Assembly: GCA_964386675.1 (NCBI GenBank)
Contig: CAYLTB010000001.1
Span: 2,353 to 66,352 of the forward strand
Source: an uncultured Verrucomicrobiota bacterium
GTDB taxonomy: Bacteria; Verrucomicrobiota; Kiritimatiellia; PWTM01
Direction of reading: 5' to 3'
Length of the DNA: 64,000 nucleotides
The notes beneath the pieces were generated by a model, which saw nothing but the letters and a program-made list of their open reading frames with translations, was not told the origin of the DNA and did no database searches. Position numbers and translations under genes: made by a program. How positions within the stretch are numbered: the stretch's first letter is position 1; each line of letters starts with the position of its first letter. This document shows, one piece after another, positions 1-9,459 of this stretch.

Positions 1-33
1 GTCGCCGTCAACGGCGGGGCGCGAGATTCAGGC

Positions 34-62
34 TTGAAGCGAAGCCCCGCTGTTCCTATATT
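34..62 (+). promoter_or_regulatory. candidate sigma70-type promoter upstream of the V-ATPase operon
   Basis: TTGAAG (34-39), a 17-nt spacer, then TATATT (57-62), about 80 nt upstream of atpE. A purine-rich RBS GGAAGGGAG sits at 127-135 before the ATG at 143. Confidence 0.35.
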
Positions 63-142
63 CAACGCCCCTCGTTGTTGCGGCGCCGCCCGGTCGGGTG
101 CGTCCATTCGAGGGCGTGTTCACGCCGGAAGGGAGTGCGCCG

Positions 143-781
143 ATGTCCGAAGACCTTCAACACCTGATCGAGCGGATACAAACAGAAGCGATTGGCGAGG
201 CGGAGGCCAAGGCCGCGCGGATTGTCGCCCAGGCCAAAGAAAAAGCGGCCGCGATCGTCCGTGAGGCGGAGGCCAACGCCAAGGAAATCCTCGCGAAGGC
301 CGAACGGGAGTCCCAGGTCTTTGTCGAGCGGAGCCGGAAAACGCTGGAACAGGCCGCGCGCGACCTGTTGATCACCGTCGGCCAGGGCGTCGAGAATATC
401 CTGGAGAATATCGTCGACGAGTCGGTGGATCAGGCGATGGACACGTCGTTTCTGAAGGACATCCTGTTGCGGATTGCGCAGGCCTATGTGGAACGCGGCG
501 GCTCGGAGAACCGCATCCAGATCCTGATCGGCGAGAAGGACCAGCAGGAAATCATCCGCTTTTTCGCCGACAAATACCGACAGCACCTCGTGCAGGGCGT
601 GGAAATCCATACGGATACGGGCATTTTCAAGGGTTTTCGCGTGGCGATCTCCGACCGGCATGTCGTGCATGAGTTCACAAAGAAGGCGATCGCCGAGGCG
701 CTGTGCGCGTTTCTGCGTCCGCACCTGGCCGAAATCGTCCATCGCGCCGCCGAAGGCAAGGCGGCGGCGCCGCCGGCGTGA
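143..781 (+). CDS. atpE: V-type ATP synthase subunit E
   Basis: ORF 98..781. The protein MSEDLQHLIERIQTEAIGEAEAKAARIVAQAKEKAAAIVREAEANAKEIL is the typical Ala/Glu-rich coiled-coil N-terminus of V/A-ATPase E. The ATG at 143 with its upstream RBS is the likely start (alternative GTG at 98). It is the first gene of an E-X-A-B-D-I-K operon. Confidence 0.8.
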   Translation: MSEDLQHLIERIQTEAIGEAEAKAARIVAQAKEKAAAIVREAEANAKEILAKAERESQVFVERSRKTLEQAARDLLITVGQGVENILENIVDESVDQAMDTSFLKDILLRIAQAYVERGGSENRIQILIGEKDQQEIIRFFADKYRQHLVQGVEIHTDTGIFKGFRVAISDRHVVHEFTKKAIAEALCAFLRPHLAEIVHRAAEGKAAAPPA

Positions 782-812
782 GGCGCGGCGCGTCGGCCCG
801 TGGAGTCGGTTG

Positions 813-1364
813 ATGAGTTACGAATATCTGACCGCCAGCCTGCCGCTGTTGTTCTGGGGCGATCCGCCGCCGTTTCCGGCGGCGGAGTTCCGCAGCCGCT
901 GCGTCGGCGTACTGACGCCGGATGACCTGGCGGCGCTCGACCGCCTGCTGGACGGACGTCTCGATCCGGACGCGCCGGGATTCGAGGGCGCGTGGGCGGC
1001 CCGCGAGATCCAGTTGCGCAACGCCGCGGCCGCGGCCCGCGGCGCCCGCTACGGCGGCGATGCGCGGTGGGTCCGCCGCCCGCATCCCGGTTGGGATGGC
1101 GGAATCGAGCAAAGCGTGACCGACGCGTTCGTGAAGGAATCGCCGATCGAGCGCGAAATGGAACTGGACCGCGGTCGCTGGCGTGCGGTCGAGGACCTAG
1201 CCCGGGGACGTCCCTTCGGCCGGGAGGCCGTCTTTGCGTTTGCGCTGAAATTGCGCATTGCCGAACGGTGGGCCGCGCTTACCGACGACGCCGGGCGCGC
1301 GAAATTCGACGCCCTGCTGGCGGCGATCGAGGCCGGACCGCAGCCCTCACATAATTCGAAATGA
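813..1364 (+). CDS. V-ATPase operon-associated DUF2764-like protein (possible subunit C/F analogue)
   Basis: An ORF (MSYEYLTASLPLLFWGDPPPF...) sits between atpE and atpA, the same position as the conserved hypothetical gene in chlamydial/PVC V-ATPase operons. No other family is recognisable. Confidence 0.6.
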   Translation: MSYEYLTASLPLLFWGDPPPFPAAEFRSRCVGVLTPDDLAALDRLLDGRLDPDAPGFEGAWAAREIQLRNAAAAARGARYGGDARWVRRPHPGWDGGIEQSVTDAFVKESPIEREMELDRGRWRAVEDLARGRPFGREAVFAFALKLRIAERWAALTDDAGRAKFDALLAAIEAGPQPSHNSK

Positions 1365-1371
1365 GCGATGT

Positions 1372-3105
1372 ATGAGCGATAACACCGGAAAAATCGTCGG
1401 CGTAAGCGGCAACCTGATCACCGTGGAATTCGACAAGCCGGTCATACAGAACGAAGTCGCGTTTGCGATGACCGGCGACCTTCGGTTGAAGGCCGAAGTC
1501 ATCCGCATTCGCGGCCGTTATGCCGAACTGCAGGTGTTCGAGGACACGACCGGCCTCAAGGAGGGCGACGCCGTGGCGTTCACCGGCGAGCTGCTCGTCG
1601 TGGAACTCGGTCCGGGTTTGCTCACCCAGGTCTTTGACGGATTGCAGAACCCGCTGCCGCAACTGGCGGCGGAGTGCGGCTTCTTTCTGCAGCGGGGGAA
1701 ATATCTCGACGCGTTGCCGCGGGACCGCGCCTGGCCGTTCACTCCGAAAGTCCGGCCGGGTGCTTCGGTGACCGCGGGGGAAACGCTCGGAACGGTGCCC
1801 GAGGGTATTTTCGAGCACCGGATCATGGTGCCGTTCGGTTGGCGCGGTGCGTGGACCGTCGAGGAAATCGCCCCCCGCGGCGAGCACCGGGTAGCGGACG
1901 TCATCGCCCGGCTGAAAAACGAGGAAGGGCAGGTCCGCGAGGCGCGCCTGATGCAGTCGTGGCCGGTGAAGGTGCCGATTCGCGCCTATGCCGAGCGCCT
2001 CGCGCCGGCCCAGCCGCTGACGACGAAGATCCGCATCGTGGACACGCTGTTCCCGGTCGCGCGCGGCGGCACCTATTGCATTCCCGGCCCGTTCGGCGCG
2101 GGCAAAACCGTGCTCCAGCAGCTCACCAGCCGTTATGCCGACGTGGACATCGTCATCATTGCCGCCTGCGGCGAGCGCGCCGGCGAGGTGGTCGAGACGC
2201 TGCGCGAGTTCCCGGAGCTGACCGACCCGCGCACGGGCCGGAGCCTGATGGAGCGCACGCTGATCATCTGCAATACCAGCTCGATGCCGGTCGCGGCGCG
2301 GGAGGCCTCCGTTTACACTGCCGTGACGATCGCGGAGTACTACCGCCAGATGGGATTGCATGTGCTGCTGCTGGCCGATTCCACGTCGCGCTGGGCGCAG
2401 GCGCTCCGCGAGATGTCCGGCCGCCTCGAGGAAATCCCCGGCGAGGAGGCCTTCCCGGCCTACCTCGAATCGGTCATCGCGGCCTTCTACGAGCGCGGCG
2501 GCGTCGTGCGGTTGAAGGATGGGACCACCGGCTCGGTGACGATCGGCGGCACCGTCAGCCCTGCCGGCGGCAATTTCGAGGAGCCGGTCACGCAAAGCAC
2601 GCTCAAGGTGGTGGGCGCCTTCCACGGCCTCTCGCGGGAGCGGTCCGACCAGCGCCGATATCCGGCCATTCATCCGCTCGAGAGCTGGAGCAAGTACGAT
2701 GGCATCGTGAAGCGCGAGCAGGTGGAGCACGCCCGCCGCGTGCTGCGGCAGGGCAACGAGGTCAGCCAGATGATGAAGGTCGTCGGCGAGGAGGGCACCA
2801 CGATCGAGGACTTCGTCGTGTACCTGAAGGCGGAGTACCTGGATGCGGTGTACCTGCAGCAGGACGCCTTTCACGAGGTGGACGCGGCGACGCCGGCCGA
2901 CCGGCAACGCTACGTCTTCGAGCGCATCCACCGGATCCTCCAGACGCCGATGAAGTTTGAGTCCAAGGACGAAGCGCGCCGCTTTTTCCAGCGGTTGACC
3001 CAAACGACACGCGACTGGAACCGCGTCGCGCAGGACCACGAGGATTTTCCGGCCATCGAGCGCCGGATCGAACAGCTGATCGCGGAGGCCGCCGACTATG
3101 CATAA
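1372..3105 (+). CDS. atpA: V-type ATP synthase catalytic subunit A
   Basis: The start is [21 protein letters not shown] Walker A motif GPFGAGKT is present, and the non-homologous insert region and C-terminus are typical of the A subunit. The ATG at 1372 is in frame with ORF 1258..3105, and the stop TAA is at 3103-3105. Confidence 0.9.
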   Translation: MSDNTGKIVGVSGNLITVEFDKPVIQNEVAFAMTGDLRLKAEVIRIRGRYAELQVFEDTTGLKEGDAVAFTGELLVVELGPGLLTQVFDGLQNPLPQLAAECGFFLQRGKYLDALPRDRAWPFTPKVRPGASVTAGETLGTVPEGIFEHRIMVPFGWRGAWTVEEIAPRGEHRVADVIARLKNEEGQVREARLMQSWPVKVPIRAYAERLAPAQPLTTKIRIVDTLFPVARGGTYCIPGPFGAGKTVLQQLTSRYADVDIVIIAACGERAGEVVETLREFPELTDPRTGRSLMERTLIICNTSSMPVAAREASVYTAVTIAEYYRQMGLHVLLLADSTSRWAQALREMSGRLEEIPGEEAFPAYLESVIAAFYERGGVVRLKDGTTGSVTIGGTVSPAGGNFEEPVTQSTLKVVGAFHGLSRERSDQRRYPAIHPLESWSKYDGIVKREQVEHARRVLRQGNEVSQMMKVVGEEGTTIEDFVVYLKAEYLDAVYLQQDAFHEVDAATPADRQRYVFERIHRILQTPMKFESKDEARRFFQRLTQTTRDWNRVAQDHEDFPAIERRIEQLIAEAADYA

Positions 3106-4468
3106 GGTGTACACCCGGATCGAACGCATCGCCGGCAACGTCGTGACCGTCCGCGCCAGCGATGTGTCCTATCGCGAGCTGGCGCAGATCGAGACCCGCT
3201 ACGGAACGTCGCTCGCACAGGTGATCCGCCTCGAAGGCGGCCGCGTGGACCTCCAGGTTTTCGCCGGCGGCCGCGGCATCTCGACCGACGCGCACGTGCG
3301 ATTTTTGCGGCATACGATGGAGGTTCCGTTCTCCGATGCGCTGCTCGGCCGCGTGTTCACCGGCAGCGGCGCCCCGCGCGACCGCGGCCCGGCGATCCAG
3401 GAGAACCTGATTCCCATCGGCGGGCCGTCCGTCAACCCGGCCAAGCGCATCATTCCGCGCCGCATGGTCCGCACGGGCATCCCGATGATTGACGTGTTCA
3501 ACACGCTGGTCGAGTCGCAGAAGCTGCCGATCTTCTCGATCGCCGGCGAGCCGTATAACCCGCTGCTGGCGCGCATCGCGCTGCAGGCGGAGGTGGACCT
3601 CATCATCCTCGGCGGCATGGGGCTGAAGCACGACGATTACCTGTTCTTTCGCGACCTGCTCGAGGAGCAGGGGGCGTTGTCCCGCTCCGTGCTGTTCATC
3701 CACACCGCGGCGGATCCGACGGTGGAGTGCCTGCTGGTGCCGGATATCTCGCTGGCCGTCGCCGAGCAGTTCGCGCTCCAGGGCAAGCGCGTGCTGGTCC
3801 TGCTGACGGACATGACGAATTTCGCCGACGCGCTCAAGGAGATCGCGATCACGATGGAGCAGATTCCGTCGAACCGCGGCTATCCCGGCGACCTCTACAG
3901 CCAGCTCGCCGCCCGCTACGAGAAGGCGGTGGACTTCGACACGGCCGGCTCGATCACCGTACTGGCCGTCACCACGATGCCCGGCGACGACGTCACGCAC
4001 CCGGTGCCGGACAACACCGGCTACATCACCGAGGGGCAGTTCTACCTGCGCCACGGCCGCATCGAACCGTTCGGCTCGCTCAGCCGCCTGAAGCAGCTCG
4101 TGAACAACCGCACGCGGGAAGACCACCGGACCATCATGAACACGATGATCCAGCTCTACGCGGCCTACCGAGAGACGCTCGAGAAGCAGTCCATGGGCTT
4201 CCGGATGAGCGCGTGGGATAATAAGTTGCTGAAATATGGGCTGCGATTCGAGAACGAGATGATGGACCTCTCGGTCAACATCCCGCTGGAAAAGGCGCTC
4301 GATCTCGGCTGGCAGATTTTGAGCGATTGTTTCGAACCGGAGGAGACCGGCATTCCGACAAAGCTGACGGAGAAATTCTGGCCGAAACCGCCGTCGTTAC
4401 CGCGAGGGAATCATGAGCCGTCCACGGCAACCGTCGGCCCGGAAGGACCGACCCCCCGAATGGAGTAA
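3098..4468 (+). CDS. atpB: V-type ATP synthase subunit B
   Basis: [20 protein letters not shown]... is a V/A-ATPase B (non-catalytic) subunit. Its start overlaps the atpA stop by 8 nt (ATGCATAA). Confidence 0.9.
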   Translation: MHKVYTRIERIAGNVVTVRASDVSYRELAQIETRYGTSLAQVIRLEGGRVDLQVFAGGRGISTDAHVRFLRHTMEVPFSDALLGRVFTGSGAPRDRGPAIQENLIPIGGPSVNPAKRIIPRRMVRTGIPMIDVFNTLVESQKLPIFSIAGEPYNPLLARIALQAEVDLIILGGMGLKHDDYLFFRDLLEEQGALSRSVLFIHTAADPTVECLLVPDISLAVAEQFALQGKRVLVLLTDMTNFADALKEIAITMEQIPSNRGYPGDLYSQLAARYEKAVDFDTAGSITVLAVTTMPGDDVTHPVPDNTGYITEGQFYLRHGRIEPFGSLSRLKQLVNNRTREDHRTIMNTMIQLYAAYRETLEKQSMGFRMSAWDNKLLKYGLRFENEMMDLSVNIPLEKALDLGWQILSDCFEPEETGIPTKLTEKFWPKPPSLPRGNHEPSTATVGPEGPTPRME

Positions 4469-4519
4469 CCCCGGACCGTCCATTCCCGGACAATAACGGG
4501 CGGTTTCTGGCCTCCGACC

Positions 4520-5125
4520 ATGGCCCGGATCAAACATACAAAGAACGAGCTGAAGGCGCAGCGCGACGCGCTGGCGCGCTTCGAGCGCTATCTGCCGACG
4601 CTGCTGCTCAAGAAGCAGCAGCTCCAGTTGGAAGTGCGTCAAATGGACGCGGCGATCGAGAAGAAGCGGGACGAGGAGCGGGCGGCGCGCGCGGCGATGG
4701 CGCCTTGGATTCGACTGTTCGCGGAGGCGTTTCCCTTCGCAGAATATCTGCGGATCGTCGAGCGGCGCCTCGGCGTCGGCAACATCGCGGGCGTCTCGAT
4801 CCCGGTGCTGGAGTCGCTCCGGTTTGAGCGGCGCCTGCCCGACTTGCACGACTCGCCGCCCTGGGTGGATGACGGCCTGGCGGCCCTGGAGCAGGGCGCT
4901 CGCCGGCGGGCGGAACTGGCCGTGTTGGAGGAGCAGCGCCGCCGCATCGCCGAGGAACTGCGGACGACGAGCCAGCGCGTGAACCTGTTCGAGAAGGTCA
5001 AGATACCCGAGGCGCGCGAGCATATCCGGGTGATCCGCATCTTCCTCGGCGACCAGATGACCGCCGAGGTCGCCCGCTCGAAGATCGCCAAAGGCAAGTC
5101 GGTCGAAAAGGAGCGCGCAGCATGA
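4520..5125 (+). CDS. atpD: V-type ATP synthase subunit D
   Basis: MARIKHTKNELKAQRDALARFERYLPTLLLKKQQLQ... is the canonical D-subunit N-terminus. The gene is 201 aa. Confidence 0.85.
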   Translation: MARIKHTKNELKAQRDALARFERYLPTLLLKKQQLQLEVRQMDAAIEKKRDEERAARAAMAPWIRLFAEAFPFAEYLRIVERRLGVGNIAGVSIPVLESLRFERRLPDLHDSPPWVDDGLAALEQGARRRAELAVLEEQRRRIAEELRTTSQRVNLFEKVKIPEAREHIRVIRIFLGDQMTAEVARSKIAKGKSVEKERAA

Positions 5126-6876
5126 TCGTCCCGATGAAACGGGTGACGGTGCTGTGTCTGGACTCGGCGCGCGAGGCGACCCTCGAACACCTCCGCGAGC
5201 TGGGGGTGCTCCACCTCGAACACGTCCGGCCCCCGGAGAACGATTCGGTGGAGGCGGCCCGCAAGGATCTGGCGTACTACCGGCGCGCCCTCGAGGTGCT
5301 TCCCGAGCGCTCCGCGGCCGCGCCGTCGGGCCGCCCGCCGCTGGAGATCGTCCGGGCCATCTGGGACTGCATCCATGAGCGCCAGAACCTGATGGAACGG
5401 CTGGAGACGCTGCGTCACGAACGGCAGCGCATCGCGCCGTTCGGCGACTTCGATCCCGCGGCTGCGCGCGCGCTGGCGGGCAAGGGGTTGAGCGTTCGAC
5501 TCTATCAGGTCGAGCCGAAGCAGGAACCCGTGGCGCCGCCCGGGACGGTGCTGCGGGTGCTGGGCCGGACCCGGGAGGCGACCTATTTCGCCGTCATCGG
5601 GCCGGCGGACGCGCCCGCACCGGCGGGCGCCGAAGTGCGGCTGCCGGAGATCGGGCTGGGAGAAATGGACCGGCGAATCGCCGAAGCGGAGTCGGCGCTG
5701 GAACGGAACCGGCTCGCGCTCGAGGTGTTTGCCGGCGACCGCGCCGCGGTGGCGGCGCAGGCCGCGGAGGCGGAAGATCGGATGGCGCTGCTGCAGGCGG
5801 CGGCCGGCATGGGCTCGGCGCAGCGTGTCGCCTGGTTGCAGGGGTATTGCCCCGAGGACAGCGCCGATTGTATCCGGCAGAGCGCCGCACAGGGCGGCTG
5901 GGGCGTGCTGATCGAGACGCCGAAGGACGGCGAGCCCGTTCCGACCCTGATCCGCAATCCGCGCTGGGTCCGGCCGATTCAGGCGATCTTCCGGCTGGTC
6001 GGCATTCTCCCGGGCTACCGCGAAATCGATATCAGCGCCGTGTTCCTGCTGTTCTTCAGCCTGTTCTTCGCCATGCTCGTCGGCGACGCGGGCTACGGCG
6101 TCCTGTTCCTCGGCCTGACCGTCTGGGCACGGAAGCGGAGGGGCGGCCGGCCGAATCCGGCAATCGCGCTGATGCTGATCATGAGCGTCTGTACGATCGT
6201 CTGGGGTATGCTGACCGGGACCTGGTTCGGCCTGACGTGGCGCCCCCTCGTGCCTTCGCTGACCCGAAACGAGACCGTGATGGGGCTGTGCTTCCTGATC
6301 GGCGCGGTGCAATTGAGCATCGCGCACGTCTGGAATATGGCGCGCCAGCGGCGCTCGCCGCAGGCGTTCGCGCAGCTCGGCTGGCTGGCCATCACGTGGG
6401 TGATGTATTTCGCGGCCAACGCGATGGTATTGAACCGGCCCTTTCCGCGCTTCATGCTGGGCGCGCTGGCGGGCGGGGTGCTGCTGATCGTGCTTTTCAT
6501 GACGCCGGTCAAACAGTTGAAGACCGAGTGGTTCAATCATGTGATGCTGCCGCTGAACCTCGTCAGCAGCTTCGTGGACATCGTTTCGTATATCCGCCTC
6601 TTTGCGGTGGGCACGGCGACCGTGTCGGTGGCGCAGGCCTTCAACAACATCGCGCTGGGCAGCGGCGGCCCGATCGGACTGGGCCGCGGAGTCGCGGCGG
6701 CGCTGATTCTTTTTGTCGGCCACGCCTTGAACCTCGTACTGGCCGGCATGGGCGTGATCGTCCACGGCGTGCGGCTGAACACGCTGGAGTTTTCGGGGCA
6801 CCTGGGGATGCAGTGGACCGGACTGCCCTACCGGCCGTTCGCGCGGGCGGCGGGCGCGTCCGAGGACAAGATATAG
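5122..6876 (+). CDS. atpI: V-type ATP synthase subunit I (a subunit)
   Basis: An ATGA overlap joins it to atpD. The N-terminal half is soluble and the C-terminal half is polytopic membrane protein (FFAMLVGDAGYG... multiple TM segments), as expected for subunit I/a. Confidence 0.85.
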   Translation: MIVPMKRVTVLCLDSAREATLEHLRELGVLHLEHVRPPENDSVEAARKDLAYYRRALEVLPERSAAAPSGRPPLEIVRAIWDCIHERQNLMERLETLRHERQRIAPFGDFDPAAARALAGKGLSVRLYQVEPKQEPVAPPGTVLRVLGRTREATYFAVIGPADAPAPAGAEVRLPEIGLGEMDRRIAEAESALERNRLALEVFAGDRAAVAAQAAEAEDRMALLQAAAGMGSAQRVAWLQGYCPEDSADCIRQSAAQGGWGVLIETPKDGEPVPTLIRNPRWVRPIQAIFRLVGILPGYREIDISAVFLLFFSLFFAMLVGDAGYGVLFLGLTVWARKRRGGRPNPAIALMLIMSVCTIVWGMLTGTWFGLTWRPLVPSLTRNETVMGLCFLIGAVQLSIAHVWNMARQRRSPQAFAQLGWLAITWVMYFAANAMVLNRPFPRFMLGALAGGVLLIVLFMTPVKQLKTEWFNHVMLPLNLVSSFVDIVSYIRLFAVGTATVSVAQAFNNIALGSGGPIGLGRGVAAALILFVGHALNLVLAGMGVIVHGVRLNTLEFSGHLGMQWTGLPYRPFARAAGASEDKI

Positions 6877-6921
6877 GATGTCGAACCGCGGAAAACGGAA
6901 CAGGTAAGGAGAAGATCGGAC

Positions 6922-7386
6922 ATGGATGCAACGGCAATGCAACTGTGGGGCCAATTTGGTGCGGCGGCGGCGCTGGGGCTTTCGGCGGCCGGCTCGGCGC
7001 TCGGCGCGGGTACGGCGGGCATGGCGGCCATCGGCGCGTGGAAGAAGTGTTACGCGCAGAGCAAGGCGGCGCCGTTCATTCTCGTCACCTTCATCGGCGC
7101 GCCGATGTCGCAGACGATCTACGGCTTCATCCTGATGAACAATATGCTCGGGAAGCTGGCCGCCGCCGGCGCGGAATCGCTGCCGAAAATCGGGCTCATG
7201 CTGGGGGCGGGGCTGCTGGGCGGACTCGGCATCGGCGTCTCCGCCTGGTTCCAGGGCAAGGCGGGCGCCGCAGGGGCCGATGCGCTGGCCGAGACCGGCC
7301 AGGGCTTCGGCAATTACCTCATGACGCTCGGCGTGGTCGAGACCGTCGCGCTGCTCGTGATGGTGTTCACGCTGATCAGCCTGTAG
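6922..7386 (+). CDS. atpK: V-type ATP synthase proteolipid subunit K/c
   Basis: A 154-aa, Gly/Ala-rich, four-helix proteolipid is encoded. A strong SD (AAGGAGAAG) lies 8 nt upstream of the ATG, and it is the last gene of the operon. Confidence 0.85.
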   Translation: MDATAMQLWGQFGAAAALGLSAAGSALGAGTAGMAAIGAWKKCYAQSKAAPFILVTFIGAPMSQTIYGFILMNNMLGKLAAAGAESLPKIGLMLGAGLLGGLGIGVSAWFQGKAGAAGADALAETGQGFGNYLMTLGVVETVALLVMVFTLISL

Positions 7387-7478
7387 GCCGCCGTTCACGG
7401 CCCGGCCAGCGCCGCGCCCGCGCGCGCCGGCGGGGGGACAGCGTCGGCGCTGTGCCGCCGCGGAAAACGCGGCCCGCG

Positions 7479-7508
7479 TTGGGAAGCGCCGCGGGTTGTG
7501 CTATAATC
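7479..7508 (+). promoter_or_regulatory. candidate sigma70-type promoter with extended -10
   Basis: TTGGGA (7479-7484), a 17-nt spacer, then TGcTATAAT (7499-7507). A consensus -10 with a TGn extension is rare in this GC-rich context. It lies 40 nt upstream of the ORF starting at 7547. Confidence 0.45.
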
Positions 7509-7546
7509 AAAGGCGCGGCGGGGCCCGCCGCGGCGGGGGTGCGGTC

Positions 7547-7993
7547 ATGCCCTTCGAGCAAACACGCGACATCCTGGAAAAGGCCCGCGGGTTTCACCGC
7601 GCTTTGGCCGCCTATTTCGAGCGGCTGGAGCAAATCGCGCCCAAAGAACGGGTGCGCATGGTCCTGGAATATCTGCGGCGTCACGAGCAGGCCATGGACG
7701 AGGAGCTGAAGTCCTTTGAGGCCCATGCCGCGCGGCCGGTGCTGGAATCCTGGTTCAAGTACGCGCCGGAGTCCGTGCAGGAGGCGATCCAGCGGCTCGA
7801 AATCCGCGCCGATATGACCGTCGAGGAAGTCGTGGACATCGCCCTGAAGCTGGACGAGCAGTTGCTGGCGCTCTACGGTCATGCCGCGCGCCTGGCGCCC
7901 GACGCCGCGGTGCGCGAGCTGTTCTCGAACTTGCATCGAGAGGGATTGCGCGAGCGCGCGCGGATTCTGCGCGCCGTGAACGAGCCGGACTGA
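7547..7993 (+). CDS. hypothetical protein
   Basis: A 148-aa ORF (MPFEQTRDILEKARGFHRALAAYFERLEQ...) with its own promoter. No family was recognised. The first ATG of ORF 7496..7993 lies inside the promoter, so 7547 is preferred. Confidence 0.5.
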   Translation: MPFEQTRDILEKARGFHRALAAYFERLEQIAPKERVRMVLEYLRRHEQAMDEELKSFEAHAARPVLESWFKYAPESVQEAIQRLEIRADMTVEEVVDIALKLDEQLLALYGHAARLAPDAAVRELFSNLHREGLRERARILRAVNEPD

Positions 7994-8045
7994 GACGGGC
8001 GTTCTGTCGAACCGAGCTGACACCCCGTGGGCGAGCGGCCCGCCC

Positions 8046-9365
8046 TCACGCCAGGCCGGCGCGCCGCAGTACCCGGCGGCGCTGCGCGCGGGCCTCGGCC
8101 CGCGTTCGCTCCTCGTCCAGGGTCGTCAGGCGGCCGTCCTCGAAAAGAATCCGTCCATCGCACAGGGTCAGGACGATGTCGGTGGCCCGGGCGGAATAAA
8201 CCAGCGTGACGGCGGGATCTTCCGAGGGCACGGCGTGGGCGCCGGAAAGATCGACCAAGATCAGGTCGGCGCGCTTGCCGGGGTCCAGCGTGCCGAGTTG
8301 GGCGTCCAGACCCAGCGCGCGGGCGCCGCCCTCGGTGGCCATCCGCACAATTTCACGTGCGGGCAGCGCGGAGGGGCCCAATCGCAGTTTCTGTACGAGC
8401 CCGGCCATCCGCATTTCCTCGAACATGTCCAACCGGTTGTTGCAGGCCGCACCGTCCGCGCCCATCGAGACGCACACGCCCATCGCCAGCAGTTCGGGGA
8501 TCGGCGCGATCCCGGAGCCCAGCTTGGCGTTGGCCGTGGGGCAGTGCAGCACGCGCGTTCCGGTTTCGGCCAGCAGACGCCGTTCGCCGTCGTCGAGGTG
8601 TACGCAATGCGCCAGGCAGGCCGTCGGCCCGGAGATGCCCACGGCGTGCAGGTAGTCCACGTTGCGCCGACCGGTGCGCTGTCGGACCCACTCGACCTCC
8701 GCGGTCTGTTCCGATGCATGCGTGTGCAGGATCAGCCGGCGATCGCGCGCGTAGGCGGACGCCTCGCGCAGACTCGCGGCGCTGCAACTGAGCGCGAACC
8801 TCGGCGCCACGGCGAGACCGAGCCGCGGATGGGCCTCCCACCGGCGCAGCAGCAGTTCACAATCGGCGAGCGAGTCCTCCACGGGCACGGCAAGCGGAGG
8901 GTAGCCGCCGGTCTCGTCCATCAGGCAATGGCCGATGAAACCGCGCAGTCCGGCCTCGGCGACGGCCTCGAACACGGCGCCGGTGTGGCGCACCGTTTCC
9001 ATGGAGAGAAACGTCGTCGTGCCGCCGCGGATCAGTTCAGCGCAGGCCAGGCGGGCGGAGGCGCGGATCGAATCCTCGTCATGGGCGGCTTCGAGCGGCC
9101 AGATGAAGCGGTTCAGCCACGGCAGCAGCGGTTCGTCCTCCGCCGCGCCGCGGAAGAGCGTCTGGCAGAGGTGCAGGTGCGTCTGCACGAACGCGGGCAT
9201 CAGCAGGGCGCCGTCCGCGTCGATGCGCACATCCGCGCGCGCGCGCAGGCGGCGGCCGGCCGCCGCGATGCGCCCGTCCTCCACCAGGACCCCGCTGTCG
9301 GGAATCGGCGGACGGTCCACGGCCGTCCACAGCAGCGCGTTGCGGATCAGGATGCGTTCGCCCAT
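8046..9365 (-). CDS. amidohydrolase family protein (MTA/SAH deaminase or chlorohydrolase-like)
   Basis: A 439-aa protein (MGERILIRNALLWTAVDRPP...) with metal-binding HxH near the N-terminus (AFVQTHLHLCQ) and an HTHASE motif. These are typical of the MtaD/guanine-deaminase amidohydrolase family. Confidence 0.75.
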   Translation of the reverse strand: MGERILIRNALLWTAVDRPPIPDSGVLVEDGRIAAAGRRLRARADVRIDADGALLMPAFVQTHLHLCQTLFRGAAEDEPLLPWLNRFIWPLEAAHDEDSIRASARLACAELIRGGTTTFLSMETVRHTGAVFEAVAEAGLRGFIGHCLMDETGGYPPLAVPVEDSLADCELLLRRWEAHPRLGLAVAPRFALSCSAASLREASAYARDRRLILHTHASEQTAEVEWVRQRTGRRNVDYLHAVGISGPTACLAHCVHLDDGERRLLAETGTRVLHCPTANAKLGSGIAPIPELLAMGVCVSMGADGAACNNRLDMFEEMRMAGLVQKLRLGPSALPAREIVRMATEGGARALGLDAQLGTLDPGKRADLILVDLSGAHAVPSEDPAVTLVYSARATDIVLTLCDGRILFEDGRLTTLDEERTRAEARAQRRRVLRRAGLA

Positions 9366-9390
9366 CAGAACCCGAGTCGCCGTCCGACGG

Positions 9391-9418
9391 TGGCAACACC
9401 CGTCGAACCGCGTATATT
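9391..9418 (+). promoter_or_regulatory. weak candidate promoter for ldhA
   Basis: TGGCAA (9391-9396), a 16-nt spacer, then TATATT (9413-9418), followed by an A-rich RBS region (AAAGAAAGAA) before the GTG at 9460. Confidence 0.2.
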
Positions 9419-9459
9419 GAATCTAGCGCAGCCGGACGCACAAAGAAAGAACGACCGCC

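Noticed and set aside
62-742. 226-aa minus-strand ORF overlapping atpE
   Set aside because: It is antisense to the V-ATPase E subunit, which sits in a conserved operon context. There is no recognisable family.
4639-7398. 919-aa minus-strand ORF antisense to atpD/atpI/atpK, and similar giant antisense ORFs (1279..3138, 2762..4126, 9762..11114, 15706..17013, 21608..24238, 24238..26640, 32983..35247, 46175..48706)
   Set aside because: They are Arg/Ala/Pro/Gly-rich low-complexity translations lying opposite well-supported conserved genes. Long stop-free antisense frames are expected at ~67% GC. No domain signatures are present.
7387-7478. possible terminator after atpK
   Set aside because: Only short, imperfect GC palindromes are present (CCGCG-gaaaa-CGCGG) without a U-tract, so it is not convincing.
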